A stretch of 64,000 bases of DNA from Diplonema japonicum. Its lineage: Eukaryota > Protista > Euglenozoa: Diplonemea. The stretch covers positions 186,001-250,000 of the forward strand of contig OZ025685.1 in NCBI GenBank assembly GCA_964019335.1. The letters are read 5' to 3'. Shown here one piece after another: positions 31,322-44,085 of this stretch; the first letter of the stretch is position 1, and each line of letters starts with the position of its first letter. Under the pieces are notes generated by a model that did not search any database, was not told the DNA's origin, and was given only the letters and a program-made list of their open reading frames with translations. A program made the position numbers and the translations under genes.

Positions 31322-33714
31322 ATGATGATGATGCAAGAACCTGACCTGGATCTGGAGAAAATTGACAAGGCGGTGGCATTCTTATGGAAGAGGCATTCAG
31401 AGGGGAAACTGCTGCCAGACTTCGTGGACATATTAAGAGCGAATTACAAAGACAAACCGGGTTGGGAGTTCGTGAAGGGGCCTGGGCATGAAGGGTGGGA
31501 TTATTTTACGGATAAGGTTGCTGTTTTAAACGAAGCGGTGACAGAAGGGGCGTTGTTAAATGCATGGGGGGACAAGCCGTTTGCAGGGAAATATGTTAAG
31601 AAACAGGCTGTGTCGAGTTGGCGGGCTGGGGCGACAGTCCGGTTGTGCCAAGGGCACGAGGTCACGCAACAAAGTGACTCTTCGAGGATGCTCAAACTCT
31701 CGAACATTGGACAGAATATCAAACCAAAACTCTTCAAAATTCTTGTAAAGTTCGGCCTTGTCGAATTTTGTGAGTTTGAAAGCAGCACTGGCGGCACGTT
31801 CACATGCTGTACACAATTCAAGAACGCAGACGACTCTGTCAAGGTCGTGACAACTACCAGTAAAACTAAAGGTAAAAAGCAGGCCTTCCAAGTCTCTTAC
31901 GATACGGAAGGCATGCTCCGAATGCCATCTCCCATCCTCCGTCTCTCCACCGGTTCGGGTCCAGGAACCAAAAAGATCTCCGAGATAGATCTGAAAGAAA
32001 TCGGCACCGTCTTCTCTCTTTTCACCACGAAACCCCCTTCCGTTGAGCATGAACAACACCAGTTCGGTGGGGACTACGACCACGTGGTATGCCTCAACTT
32101 TTTTTTTCCGTTTTCTTTTAATTAAATCTGCACAGTTCATCACGTACAACAATCTTGCAGACGCGGAGGCCGCTCTGGAAGCCATGCAAAAGAGCCTTGC
32201 TGATGTATGATCATAAAAAGAAAAAGAAATAAATTCCACATCAGGATTTCAATTTCGAGCTTGTCTACATTTCCGAAGACACAAAAACGGAGTGCATCAA
32301 CGGGTGGCGGAAGGAGGGTTCCAATGTCGTGGCTCTTCACTACGGCGGCGACCGTTTGAAAGTCAAAGACATGAGTTGTGAGTTCGTCCTTACCCCAGAG
32401 GGTGTCTGCCTTGAGCAACTGAACCCTTACAGGGTATGCTGTTGAAAAGAAGAAGAAGAAAACACACCCCCAACAGGTCATGGGCGACGACACGCTTGAG
32501 ATGGTGCACGACCTTCAGGAGTTCCAGCAGAGGTTCTTTGGCCTCCAACCAAATATACGGGATATGCGCTACGCTGAGCATATCATCGACAAGGCCACCG
32601 ACGGCGATTGGTCCGAGGATCCTGGGCTTGAGTACTCAGCTTTCCGTTTGCGGTCCCGACTGGAAATCTTGGACGAGAATGGCAAAGTGGAAGGCACAGT
32701 GGTATCCACCGACTACGAAGCCGGGACTTACGTGCATCTCAACCCCGAAGAGGCACAGGTAATGAGGCCTATTAAGAGATCACCGGTTGTCGCACCAGTA
32801 TGCAACACTTCCCCCCCCTTTTTTTTCCAAATCTTGTACAGGCGCCTGTCGTGAAGGAGAAGGATGTCTCGATGGATCTTGCCATTGACAACGAGGAGGC
32901 GTACGAGGCTGCAAACCCTCTCACAGCTCAAGCGGCACCTGCCGTTCCCATGCTGACACGCGACCAGTTTGAGAAGCTGAAGCAAGACCAACTCCTGCAA
33001 CAAATGCGTACTAAACAGCCCACGATGCCTTCGTGGTCTGTCGGTCCAAAGCGCGTGGACAACCCACCAGCATCCCAGCCACCACAAGAAGCTACTCCGT
33101 CCCCTCATCCACAAACTCCTGCTCCGGCAACCCCCGAGCCTCCTGCCCCCACACCGGCACAGAAGCCTAAGGGCGGGTTCAAGTTGTTCACACCAACAGC
33201 TGTCGACACCACGAAAAAAGAAGCCCCTCGAGCAGAAAGGGGAGGAAAAGGCGGGAAGGAACGAAGAGGGTTCAGAGAGTTCGATGGGGGCAAAGTGTCC
33301 AAGAGCGATAGGGACAAGGACAAACCTGAAAAAGACAGGAGAGACAGAGACAGAGATCGAGACCGGGACCGCGACAGAGACAGAGACAGAGACAGGAATG
33401 GACCTAAGAGGGGCTTCCACAACGAGAGGGATCGGGATTACGACAGACGCGATAAAGACAGGAAAAAAATAAAAACTGAACCGGGGGAGGACAGGGACAG
33501 AGGATCGAGAAGGATCAAAACAGAACCGGGAGAAGACAGAGATAAAGACAGGGACAGGGACAGGAAAGAGAGAAGAGAGAAGAAAGATAAGAAGGATAGA
33601 AAAGAGAAAAGACCGAGGAAAACGTATGAACTCCCCCCCCCCTCCCCCACCTTCCTTAGTGACCGTGAAGACGCGAAGTCGGGCGAGTTAAAGCAAGTTA
33701 AGCAAGAGAAATAA
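31322..33714 (+). CDS. Putative RNA-binding/splicing-associated protein (SURP-like N-terminus, divergent RRMs, RD/RE-rich tail); exons 31322-32086, 32136-32204, 32245-32433, 32477-32758, 32842-33714
   Basis: Four phase-0 GT-AG introns give a continuous frame; RRM-like LKLSNI..LVKFGLV and HVFITYNNLADAEAALEAM; (DR)n tail. Confidence 0.75.
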
Positions 33715-33772
33715 GAAATGAGGGTTTTTTTTTCTTTTTCTTTTTAACATTCGTTAAATCACAATGAATAGT

Positions 33773-33820
<48 letters not shown>

Positions 33821-33828
33821 CTTATATA

Positions 33829-35492
33829 CTGTAAAACGAATAATGTCGGACGGAAAAATTCTCGGACAGAAAAACTCCCGGACGGAAAAACTCCCGGACA
33901 CCAAAAAAACCCGGACATTTTTCCGTCCGGGAGTTTTTCTGGGAAGAAGTTTTTTTACTTAAGGGGGGTAGCAGCTCCCACCACGTTTGCCTGGAAGGGC
34001 TTTATTCCTTGTGCAGAGCCAAAATGTCACCCTGCGTGGCAGTTTGAATTTTTCTTCCCCTTTCAATGCACCAACAAACAGCACCCACGGGATCTTTAAC
34101 TTCTCATAAACCCGTACTTCTTTCGTCAAATTGACCAGTTCGACTACCCATGGCACGTTGAGCAGCTGGCTTGTGAGGGGCCCAACTTTGGTGCTGACAC
34201 CCCCGGCCAGCTCACCCCCGAGAGGTGGAGGAGATAAACTCCTTACACCGGGCCAGTACAAACCCCCGAAAGCAGCTTGGCGGCCTCTGCCTCGGTCAGA
34301 AGACGGCAGCAACAGGTTCAACAGAGCCCCCGGTTTCTTCCAGACGGAAATACTGGACGTTGCTATTCCACCCAACCACACCCTGGCCGCCGCGACGCCG
34401 TGATAGCTGCGTATCGCCCAATACGGGATTTAGCATCCTTCGGGGGCTGAAAGGTTTTTGCTTGAGTCGATAGGTAAACGGGCTTGGTGAGCCTATCCCA
34501 GCACAACAAATATGCACCTATGCAGAAGGGCTGCTGTGCGCCAATCCAGCCCGAAAGACAGACTGGTAGACTTTGGTGGGGCACTGTCCTTTTCCACTGG
34601 CTAGGCTGACAAAATTTTGCAGCAAGAAAGACAAAAGCCGCAAGCCACCTCCGGAAAGCCCGGAAACGAGAAGGACAACGAGAAGGCACGCTGTTTCCCC
34701 ATGGAATTCAGGTCCATAATCGACACCCATAAAGTAAGGCCGGAATTGGTCTGGAATACGGGGTTAAAAACCAAAACAAAAAAAAGGGGTGCTAAGGTCG
34801 TAAAAGTCCGTGGCTTGGGGGACAAAACGGGCTATAACGGAACAGCTGGCTGTTTCCTTGGCTGGATGGTTAAATACAAAGGCAAAGCGGAAACGCAACC
34901 GGCAGGGATTATCCGTGCCCCGGTCAAGCACCCGCCCACCGAATGGAGCCTAACGGCATCGCCCAATCATTGGGCTAATTATGATACTCGGTATCTGGGT
35001 TACGGAGCTGTTTCTTCCTTTTTGCTATAAATCATCGATTCCCATGGTTTTGCCGAACGGGCCGATTCTGCTGCTTGTCGGCGACCACAACTCTCATACG
35101 ACCTATGCCTATGGGTTCGTAGAGTGGTTCGCAGGCGCAAACGTGCACATTGCTTTTGTCCCCCTGGGCTCACCTACATGGTTCAACCGATGGATATTGG
35201 GTTGAACGCAGCTGTAAAGCATCTATTAAGAAAGGTAGTAGGCCACACGAAGGCTCGACAAGCTGATTGCCTCGGGGGCAGCAAGGGAGGACAAAGATGC
35301 AGAAAGGCCCTGGGGGTTTCTTCGCGCGGTTGCCGTTTGCAGCCCAGGCCAGTATGTAGGTGGTAGTGGACCAGGCCCCCTGACGGCCTTACCTAAAAAA
35401 AATTCCCGGACGGAAAAACTCCCGGACGGAAAAATTCCCGGACGCCAAAAAAACTCGGACATTTTTCCGTCCGGGAGTTTTTCGTTTTACAG
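33829..35492 (+). mobile_element. Degenerate pogo/Tc2-like (Tc1/mariner superfamily) DNA transposon
   Basis: TIR CTGTAAAACGAA/TTCGTTTTACAG with TA on both sides; frameshifted DDE_1 remnants SPNHWAN, ILLLVGDHNSH, PPGLTYMVQPMDIGLN. Confidence 0.88.
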
Positions 35493-35760
35493 TATATATA
35501 TATATATATATATTATTGTTCTTCTTTTGTGTATGGGTGCGGTCCCGTTCTTTTTTGTTCTCTTCGTTTTTTTAAAACCGATTCAGTCGTTGTGGGGCTG
35601 ACCCACAAAAGGCTTGTTTTCTTTTCTTTTCTTTTCCTTTTCTTTTTTCTTTAGTGTGTCTTTAACAGGAAAACTCCTCTCCACCCTCTTTTTTTTCTCT
35701 TTACTCTCAATTCATACCCAAATAGAAAGCGAGAAGGGAGGGAAAAAAAGAGGAAATAAA

Positions 35761-36354
35761 ATGGAAGATATTCTCGGAAAGAAAAAGATGCAGTTCAACA
35801 ATGCGGGAACGATTAAGGAAAATTGGAATGACGAGGGAGGGAGGGGCTATGAGGAAGAAGCGAAGGAAACTGCAGTGGTGCCTGCGGTGCAAAATAGCAG
35901 CAGCAAGCCTTCGGGAGGCAACAAAGAAGGGAAGTCCCTGTGGGCGCAACTACAGGAAAACAGAGATCGGGCTGATTTTGACGAAGAAGAGGACTACAGG
36001 GGACAGAACACCAGGGCAACGGAGAACGACGACTTTGAATACCACCAACAAATAGAGGACGAAAAAAGGCGGCAGGAGCAGGAACGGGACCGAGACGTTA
36101 AAAAATCTCTCCTTGCCTTCGAGGCTGCCGTGGAGCAAACAGTGAAAGAATATAAGCAGAAAGGCCTGGTATGAACCTGGGAAAATAATAATCCACCATA
36201 TTAAAAAAAAAAGGATGAACGTTTGAACTCGAAAGCCTTCGACTTAACCGACATACCAGCTGACCCAATCGCTGACCTCAGCGTGAAACCCGCAAAAAGA
36301 AGAAAGCGGAAACATCAGAAAAAGGAAGAGGTCGGGCTCGGACTCGACTATTGA
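35761..36354 (+). CDS. FAM192A: FAM192A/PSME3IP1/Fyv6-like protein; exons 35761-36168, 36214-36354
   Basis: KSLWAQLQENR..QNTRATENDDFEY..EQER matches the FAM192A N-terminal pattern; spliced tail has an NLS-like KRRKRK and ends GLGLDY*. Confidence 0.65.
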
Positions 36355-36460
36355 AAACACACCCGAAAGAAAGTGTTTTAGACGTTTTCTTCAAAAATCC
36401 TTCAAAAATCCTTCAAAAAAAAAAAGAATTACACACACGAAAAAAAAAAAAAAAAAGACC

Positions 36461-37651
36461 ATGGCGGCATGGGTGCCCAACGAGGCATCTTCGACTTGCA
36501 TGCAGTGCACCGCTCAGTTTTCACTATTCTTGCGTCGGCACCACTGCAGAAGATGCGGAGGGCTGTTTTGTTGGAAATGCTGCAAGGTCAGCAATCGAAC
36601 GGAGACAAGGGAGTGCGAGAAGTGCGTGTGCAGACTGTTCCTTCTGAGCGACGACGTGATCCTACACGCGATCAGTTTTCTAGACGAGGTTTCAATGCAT
36701 TGCTCCATGCAGACAGCAAGGAGGCTCACACGCTGCACGCCTCTCCCGTACCCTTTCGCAGATCAATCCCACGTCAACAAAATCTTCCTACCCCTCGGAA
36801 CGAATCCGGCAGGGCAGTCTCTATATAAAGAAACCCCGACTGGGCGGACCGTGGCATTAAAGAAAATCGGCAAGACAACAGTGTTTTCAAGGAAACGATG
36901 GAAGAGAACCGTCGATGAGATGGAGGTGATGCGCAGCATGCAAGACCCCTGTTTGATTGAAGTCCACTCCATCTTTCAAACACACACAGAACTCATTGCA
37001 GTAACCGAAGAAATTCACGGTGTACCAATACAAGAGTTCATGGAAGGGAGGGACCACGGGTTGGACGAAGGGACTGCAAGAAACATGTTAAAACCGCTAT
37101 TAGAGCTCACGCACGAGTTGAAGGACAGGGCGCTGATCGATATCAATACCTTGATCTTGATGAAAAACGAAAAAGATGAAGGATGTCATGTGAAGGCGAC
37201 CGGTTTGGTGGAGGTCAGAGGGGCACAGGTTCAAAGCCCTGTAGGATCGTTTTCTTCGTATTGCAGCTCCTCAGTCGGGCCTGTGTCGCCGCCTGCTATG
37301 CCTCTTCACAAAGAGGTCAGGTCGCATTTACGGCCGCCTCCAATTGATATCCCTGGAGGGTTGGATACTGAGTTGAATTGTTATGCTCTATCGCTGCAAA
37401 AAGCAGCGGTGCAACGTGTTGCGAACCTAGCACCACCCGTGTCTCACTTTGGCGATGCGACGCTTTCGGACGGATCTTCGGAGACGGTGACACACCACCT
37501 TGGGGCGCTTTATTGCCATCTTGTTTCTCTTGCACCGTTCGATAAACAATGGGCAATCTTCAACAATCTTTCCGATAAGAGCAAACAGCTGACCTCTGCG
37601 CTCCTGTCCGACCAGATGCAGCCTCGTTTTATTCTAGATAAGATGATGTGA
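36461..37651 (+). CDS. FYVE domain, F-box-like motif and degenerate kinase-like domain
   Basis: WVPN..CMQC..RRHHCRRCGGLFCWKC..CEKC; LLSDDVILHAISFLD..TARRL; TGRTVALKKI..EMEVM..but no HRD or DFG. Confidence 0.8.
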   Translation: MAAWVPNEASSTCMQCTAQFSLFLRRHHCRRCGGLFCWKCCKVSNRTETRECEKCVCRLFLLSDDVILHAISFLDEVSMHCSMQTARRLTRCTPLPYPFADQSHVNKIFLPLGTNPAGQSLYKETPTGRTVALKKIGKTTVFSRKRWKRTVDEMEVMRSMQDPCLIEVHSIFQTHTELIAVTEEIHGVPIQEFMEGRDHGLDEGTARNMLKPLLELTHELKDRALIDINTLILMKNEKDEGCHVKATGLVEVRGAQVQSPVGSFSSYCSSSVGPVSPPAMPLHKEVRSHLRPPPIDIPGGLDTELNCYALSLQKAAVQRVANLAPPVSHFGDATLSDGSSETVTHHLGALYCHLVSLAPFDKQWAIFNNLSDKSKQLTSALLSDQMQPRFILDKMM

Positions 37652-37997
37652 GCCCCCCCTTTTTTTTAGGTCCTCATTGCTATGAAGGATTTTTATTTTA
37701 CATACTGCTTTGGTTTATTTAAACCCCCCCTTTTTTTTCTAGAATTGAGGAAGAAAAAAAAAAACTTAAAACGACAACGTGAGAATTTTCTTTTATTGCA
37801 CAAAAGAAAAAAAAAAAAAAAAAACATAGCACTGCATAGGTGTTCACAAAAAAAAAAAAAAAAAAAAAAAAGAAAAGTTAACTAACTGACTGACTTCTCC
37901 CCCTGCACCCCTCCCTTCCCCTCTAATAGGTTTCTGCGATGAGGAAGAATATGCCTTTAAGTCGACCTTGTTTAGTGATACGTTCAACCAAAAAAAG

Positions 37998-38072
<75 letters not shown>

Positions 38073-38764
38073 AAGGGTGACTATGAACTTTTCCCGAGAG
38101 GATAGTTCTGACATGCCCCTCCCTCTTATCTCCATATCTATTTGTATCTAAAGTCAAATCTAGGGACACAAAGTGGGTTGAGCAGTGGCACACATACACA
38201 CACACACGTACGCATTTTAACCCAGAAGGGCGACCCTTGGGGACGATTGTGTGTTGTGTCAACGTAAGACTTGTGCCCCTCTCCTAATTGTCTGATCAGG
38301 CAAAATTTTGTTCATATCCTGTTCGTATAATGCCTCTTTCTCTATTTTTTCTTTTTTGAGCTTTGCCATATGCAGGTCGGTTCTCCCCATTTTTTCCAGG
38401 TTTCTCAAAGAAAACACAAACAGATAGTTCGTGGGAGGAGACCAATATTAGTTTTGCGTTTGTTTTTCTCCATCCCCCCCCCCCCCCCCTTCCCCGAGGA
38501 GGACCGATTTGTGGTTCTTTCTCGGATACGCTTTTTTCAGCCCACAAATAGCATCCCCCTCAAGAAGAAAAGCTTAGGATCTGTCAAAATCCATGGCAAG
38601 CAGTGGAGAACGGACCAGCCCCTTTGTTCTTAATTCTACGTTTTCTTTTTTTTTTTTCTCCCACAAAATAATTCACAAGAAGGGGGTGGGAGGGCGGAAA
38701 AAAGAAAGGAAAAAAAAAAGGAAAAAAAAAGAGAAAGGGGGGAGGGGGGAGAGAAGAAGCACCA

Positions 38765-41524
38765 ATGCAGCACAAGACGGTGGCGGTCAATGTAAGGTCA
38801 ATTCCAGGGCCGCAGATAAAACATGGGGAAGGAGCGAACAGGGCGGCACCGCTATTCTCCGGGGTGGGGATGACTGAAGCATGTGACTGGGGGGAAGGGA
38901 GGCTGCTAGCGTACACTCACCACACACTTGTAGTGGTGGTTGACCCTGGGAGTAATCAGGTGGTGCAGACACTTGATGGCCATGTTGGCAACACCACTGC
39001 AGTCCGGTTCCTCACATCCACTGCAGACGTCCTCCTTGCTACTGGTGACAACAACGGCCACATCATCGTCTGGCAAGTTCGCGAGGGGTCACCTCTCATC
39101 ACCATGTCTTGCACCCACGACGTGAAGTACGCTGACAGCGTCATCGCCATGCGGCAGGTCAAGTCACCCGCAAAGACAACTACCATGTCACACATTGTCC
39201 CCTTCAGGCTCCTCTGCCTCACTGCCAAGTCTCTCATCCTTCTCGACCTCTCCTCCCAAAGCACGCTGTGGAGATCGGAAATGGGCAGCGTCGAGCACCC
39301 CCTCGTTGGGATGACCCTCTCCGCAAGGGAGAACTGCATCGTCTTCAACTCCTCTTCCGACCTCCGCATCATCCCGAAGATCGGGTCACCTGGTGCCTCC
39401 TACCACTCCACACACCTGTCCGTGGCGCAGTACGGTGAACTGCAAGACGTGGTGCACTGCCCGTCTGTGAAGTCCCAAGTGTACCTTGTGTTCCGCACGG
39501 AGATCATCCTGTACGACATCGAGATCAAGAAGCAGATCGAGACCTTCTCCATCAGCTCCGGCCGCACGGAGTTCCGTTCCCTGATCACCGCTTCAGGGGC
39601 GGAGCTCAGCGCCATCAGCACAGTGTTAGGGCTGTCCGGCCCCCTCCCTCTTTACACGTTGCATAACGACGGCACCATGAGCACGTGGGTGCGCAATCCT
39701 GGTGCAAGGAATTTGCTGCAGGTCCCTGTCGACTTCCGATCGTCCCGACAGGGCTTCGCGGGAAGGCCTCACCTCGTCGCGATGGAGCGCGTGCAGGGCG
39801 CTGAGATAGGAGGCAGCATTGAGGGCTGCCGTGCCCGGTTCGCAGTGGTGGCGAACGACGGGACGCTGACTACGTGGGAGTACACGACAGACGGGTGGTG
39901 TGTGTCGGGTTCCACGCCCTCGACGCTGAGCCCTGTGTCATGCACAGCCGTGATGAACCTTGCTGTGGGTGCTTCTGAGACGAAGCTGGCCGGTGGGGAG
40001 CCAAACTGTTTGGTGATCCTCACGACTACAGGGCTGCTCATGCTGTACGAGATCCTCACAGGCGCCCTTGTTTGCAAACTAGAGCTAGCTACGGAGAAGG
40101 GTTGTGTGCCGTTGTCCCTCCAGTACCTTAACCCGTCTACAATTCTAGTGGGCGCCACTAAGCTGGGAAGCAGCAGCCCTGACGCGCACCACAACTTCAT
40201 TGCAAGCGTGTCGCTGCCGTCACTGAACACGGACGAGTTCAAGGGCACGGAGACCGACTCATACAAGCTGCTAGGGTTGGAGGTGTCCCCACGGAAAATG
40301 CTCCTCGCGGCCCTGCATGCTGGGGGCGCGTGTGAGATATGGGACATTCCAGGCAGGCTGTTGCTGCACAAGATTGTAGTGCAGTACACAGTGATCAAGT
40401 GGATGCCTGCTTTGTTCACTCAGGGAAAAGACCCTGAGCAGGCCGGGGAAATCGCCATCTGGCTGTCCCACGACGGGCTCATGTCCTTCTTCAGGGTCGT
40501 GAACGGAGAGGTGCGCCACTACCGTGAGAACCCGTCCTTTATGAACACGAAGAACAAGAGCATAGTGGGGTTCGGGTACCCTGTGGTGTCGGCGGACTGG
40601 TACGATTTGCTGCTGCTGACAGGTGACACAGCGGGGATGATGTGCTTGGTCAACTTGAAGAACGGGAAATTCTCACACATTGATAACCAACAAAAAGCGG
40701 CGGTGAAAACCTTGAAAATATGCCCCCCGGAGTACCTGAAGATGGAAGAGGAAGACCAACCGGAGGGAGGGAGGAAGAAGGGGACGTGTCTTGCCTTGGT
40801 GCTATTTGAAGACGAAGAGTTCGGAATATGGAACGTGGGCGCCAAGCAGCGTCTGTCATACTCCAAGACAAACGACCCCAAGACACGGCCACTGAAGGCC
40901 ACAGCCGTAGAATGGGTGCCCGGTGGGTATCCCACCATCGCCACCCCAACTGGTACCATCATGATTCTCGACCTTTCTATAGGGTCACGATCTTCTCCTG
41001 TCACCCTCCGGTCCCTGGCTCGTCCAATAGTCAGCACGGCTCTCCTCGTCCGCCCCCACGCCGCCTACCTCGCAGCCTGTCTCATGGACTGCAGGCTCGA
41101 CCCCTCCATCTCGACACCTACGCCAGCTTCACGGTTGCAAGACACAGCAGCTGTTTCTCCTCCTTATCGAAACGCTTATGGCGAGCTGATTCTGAAGAAG
41201 GTTTCTTTTTTTTTTTTTTTTTTTTTTTTGTTGAATTGAAATGTATCCCCCCCCTCCCCAGATGGAATCGGAAGCCGAGCAAGCAGCGCAGCATCTCCAA
41301 CTCATCCCAGAGACCGTGAAAGCAAGCCTGCTGGAACTTGCTGATGACAAGGTGTGTGAACGAAGGGGAGAAAAAAATATGAAACGAGAATTAATTTAAA
41401 CACCTAAAGGAGGACGGGTTCGTACCGCGAAGATGCTTGATCACAGCGGCGATCTTCGCAGAGGATGATAAGATGCAGTTCTGGAGGAGCGCGGAGATAG
41501 CGTTGAGGGAGGCGAAGGTACGGG

Positions 41525-41565
<41 letters not shown>

Positions 41566-42581
41566 GGCGAGGCACGTCCAAGGTTCATCCACCCGACCAT
41601 CGTTTCAAAGGAGCAAACGCTGAAGGCGTTTTCGAACAACGCTGCCATCGCCAAGAAGCTATTGGGTGGGAACCACGATGGCGACACGGAGGATGGATCA
41701 CACAACGGGGAGGAACATGAAGAACGGTCTAAATACTTCGACACCGACATGATGGAAGGCGGCTCAGTGGGCGCCCACGACGAACTCTTCCTTGACGATG
41801 GGGTGTGTGCCACTTGACCTCTTCCCCCTCCCCCTTTTTTTTCCATTCTTACAAAACAACAAACACACAGCTCCTCCATGCTGTCGACTGCAACTTAATG
41901 TCCGCCAAGGAGGACGCCGTGCGCAGGACAAAGGCAACCCATCAATACGATGAAATCGCCAAGCAACACGTCAACCTAGGTGCCATGTACCCCGCATGCC
42001 AGCTTCTTTTGGACACCCCAACCGACGCTCCAGAATGGAGGGCCAACCTGTACAAAGCTTGCGTAGTTGCCGCAGGCGTTTCCCCGTTGCACTACCAGCA
42101 CACTGTGAAACGGGTAGCGAGCTTGTTGGTTGGCAACGAAGATATCGACGGTGCCGTTGAGATGCTGTGCCTTGTAGGGAGAGGTCATGAAGCTTGCAAA
42201 GCATACCAATCGCATGATAGATGGGAGGATGCCGCGAGGTTAGCGAAGGTTTCGCTGACGCAAGCCGAGGCGAACGACATTCTTCAGCGGTGGGCAGTTC
42301 ACCTCAGCAGCACGGGGGATGTCCTCAACGCTGCCTGTGTCATGGTGTCCATTGGGAATTTCCCCGAGACCTTGCGGCTTCTCGCACCCCACGCTGAGTA
42401 CTCCGACGTTGCGGGCTTGCTAGCGTACGCGTGCGAAAAGGCTGGGCTCATCACACCCTCCGATGAAATCGCGCCGCTGATAGCCGCCGTTTATTCCCAG
42501 TACAAGGATTATCTGAACTCTATCTCTGCGCACCATATCGCCGAGCTTTACTCCGATAGGATGATGAAATGGAGGATTTGA
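38765..42581 (+). CDS. WDR11: WDR11 orthologue; exons 38765-41200, 41262-41351, 41410-41517, 41563-41802, 41871-42581
   Basis: N-terminal DWGEGRLLAYTHHTLVVVVD..QTLDGH; spliced RCLITAAIF..FW; C-terminal QLLLDT..LYKACVV..AVEMLCLVG..WEDAARLAKV. Confidence 0.88.
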
Positions 42582-42651
42582 AAAGAGAGAGAGTATTTTT
42601 TTTGTTTTTTTTTTGTTTGTTTTTATGTGTGTTTACTCCCCCCTCGTATGG

Positions 42652-42696
<45 letters not shown>

Positions 42697-42939
42697 CTTT
42701 TTGTTGTTTACGTACGCACTCTCAAAAGAAAGGGGGTTTTTTTCGAAAAAAACTGGGGGGCTTTTTTTTTTTTACTTCCGTGATTTAAAAGTAGGGGGGA
42801 TATTGAAGGGAGGGAAATCTTTTTTCCCTCGACTACAGCAGCGTACGTGACGCGAGACACGCGGAAACGCCTCTCGTGCTGTTTTTTTTTCCCCCTTCTC
42901 TCTTCTTCTTTTTTTGTTCTTCTCTCCTTTTCCTACGTA

Positions 42940-43467
42940 CATAGTATACACGTTATTACAACCCGTGTTTGAACACACACCGCACTGGTACTTTCCTTCT
43001 TGTTTCGCCCAAAAGCCCAGGCTTAAATCTTTTTTTTTTTTTTTTTTTTTTCTGTATCATAACAAGCCGTACTGAACACAGTCCGATTGCCAAAGAAAAA
43101 AAATAAAAAATAAAAAATCGTCCCACAATCGTCTGTAATCGGCCTCATTGGGGTCATGCAGGGTCTGAGTGGAAACAGGGCAAAAACATCATGAAAAAAG
43201 CACCCTCTCTGGGGCATCTGAAGGAAGATTCTATCTAAGGACGCGAGGAGACTGTGCTAGTGCAGTGCAGGCACTTCACATCGTCGGATTTTTACAACAG
43301 GCTGAATGTCCTTTAGGTTCTGGCGTCTGTCAGAGAGCAAATACTTGCTTTTAGCACAGAACTGCACCGCACAGGGGGTTGCTGACCACCCGAGAAGCCA
43401 TAATGACTTCCATCCATGACAAGCACTAATTGAACAACCAATTAAAATAATCCCCGTGTATACTATG
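42940..43467. mobile_element. MITE-like element with CATAGTATACACG terminal inverted repeats (longer copy)
   Basis: Perfect 13-bp TIR 42940-42952/43455-43467; left end shares GTATACACGTTATTACA with 6805-6821; no clear target-site duplication. Confidence 0.6.
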
Positions 43468-44085
43468 CCAAAAATGATCCCTTTTTGTTTTATTTTATTT
43501 TTTTACTTTCTCTCTTGTGTTCCATTTATTGCCCACCCATCCACGGTAACCTCGAAAAAAAAAAAAAAAAAAAAAAAAAAAGATTTTTACCTTTTCCGCC
43601 GTTCTTTACTTTTCTTTTTTATACTTAACCTCACCCACACCACCCACACTTGTCTTGCCACCCACGAGGCCCACAGGTTCCATCTCGCTGCTTCTGGTCA
43701 ACATCATGAGGTCTCCCCCCTAGTACTTTGTTGGCAGGTAAACGCATTTCCAAGATCTTTTTTTGAAAATAAGGTCCCAAAACGAAAATCTTGAACTGCT
43801 GCCACGGCTCCTTGTAAACCATAACCAGGCTAAAGAGAAAAAAAAAAAAAAGAAAAAAAAAGATTCGGCCTCTTATGGTACTCTAGAACTCTTCTTGGGT
43901 GATTGCCTTCGCCAATTTCCAGAAGAGCCTTTTGGTCTTTCCCTCTTAGGCTGCGCAACGCTGCATCGGTAGGAACTTCTTCTTTATCACCCCCCTCCAG
44001 CCCGCTTCTGTCTGTCAGAAGGAATGGGAAAATTGTATTCTTCAAAAAGAAAAAAAAGGAAATAAAGAAGAAACAAAAAAGAAAA

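Noticed and set aside
33846-33949. Short regular repeats resembling a CRISPR array
   Set aside because: No unique spacers, no cas genes, eukaryotic context; they are transposon subterminal repeats.
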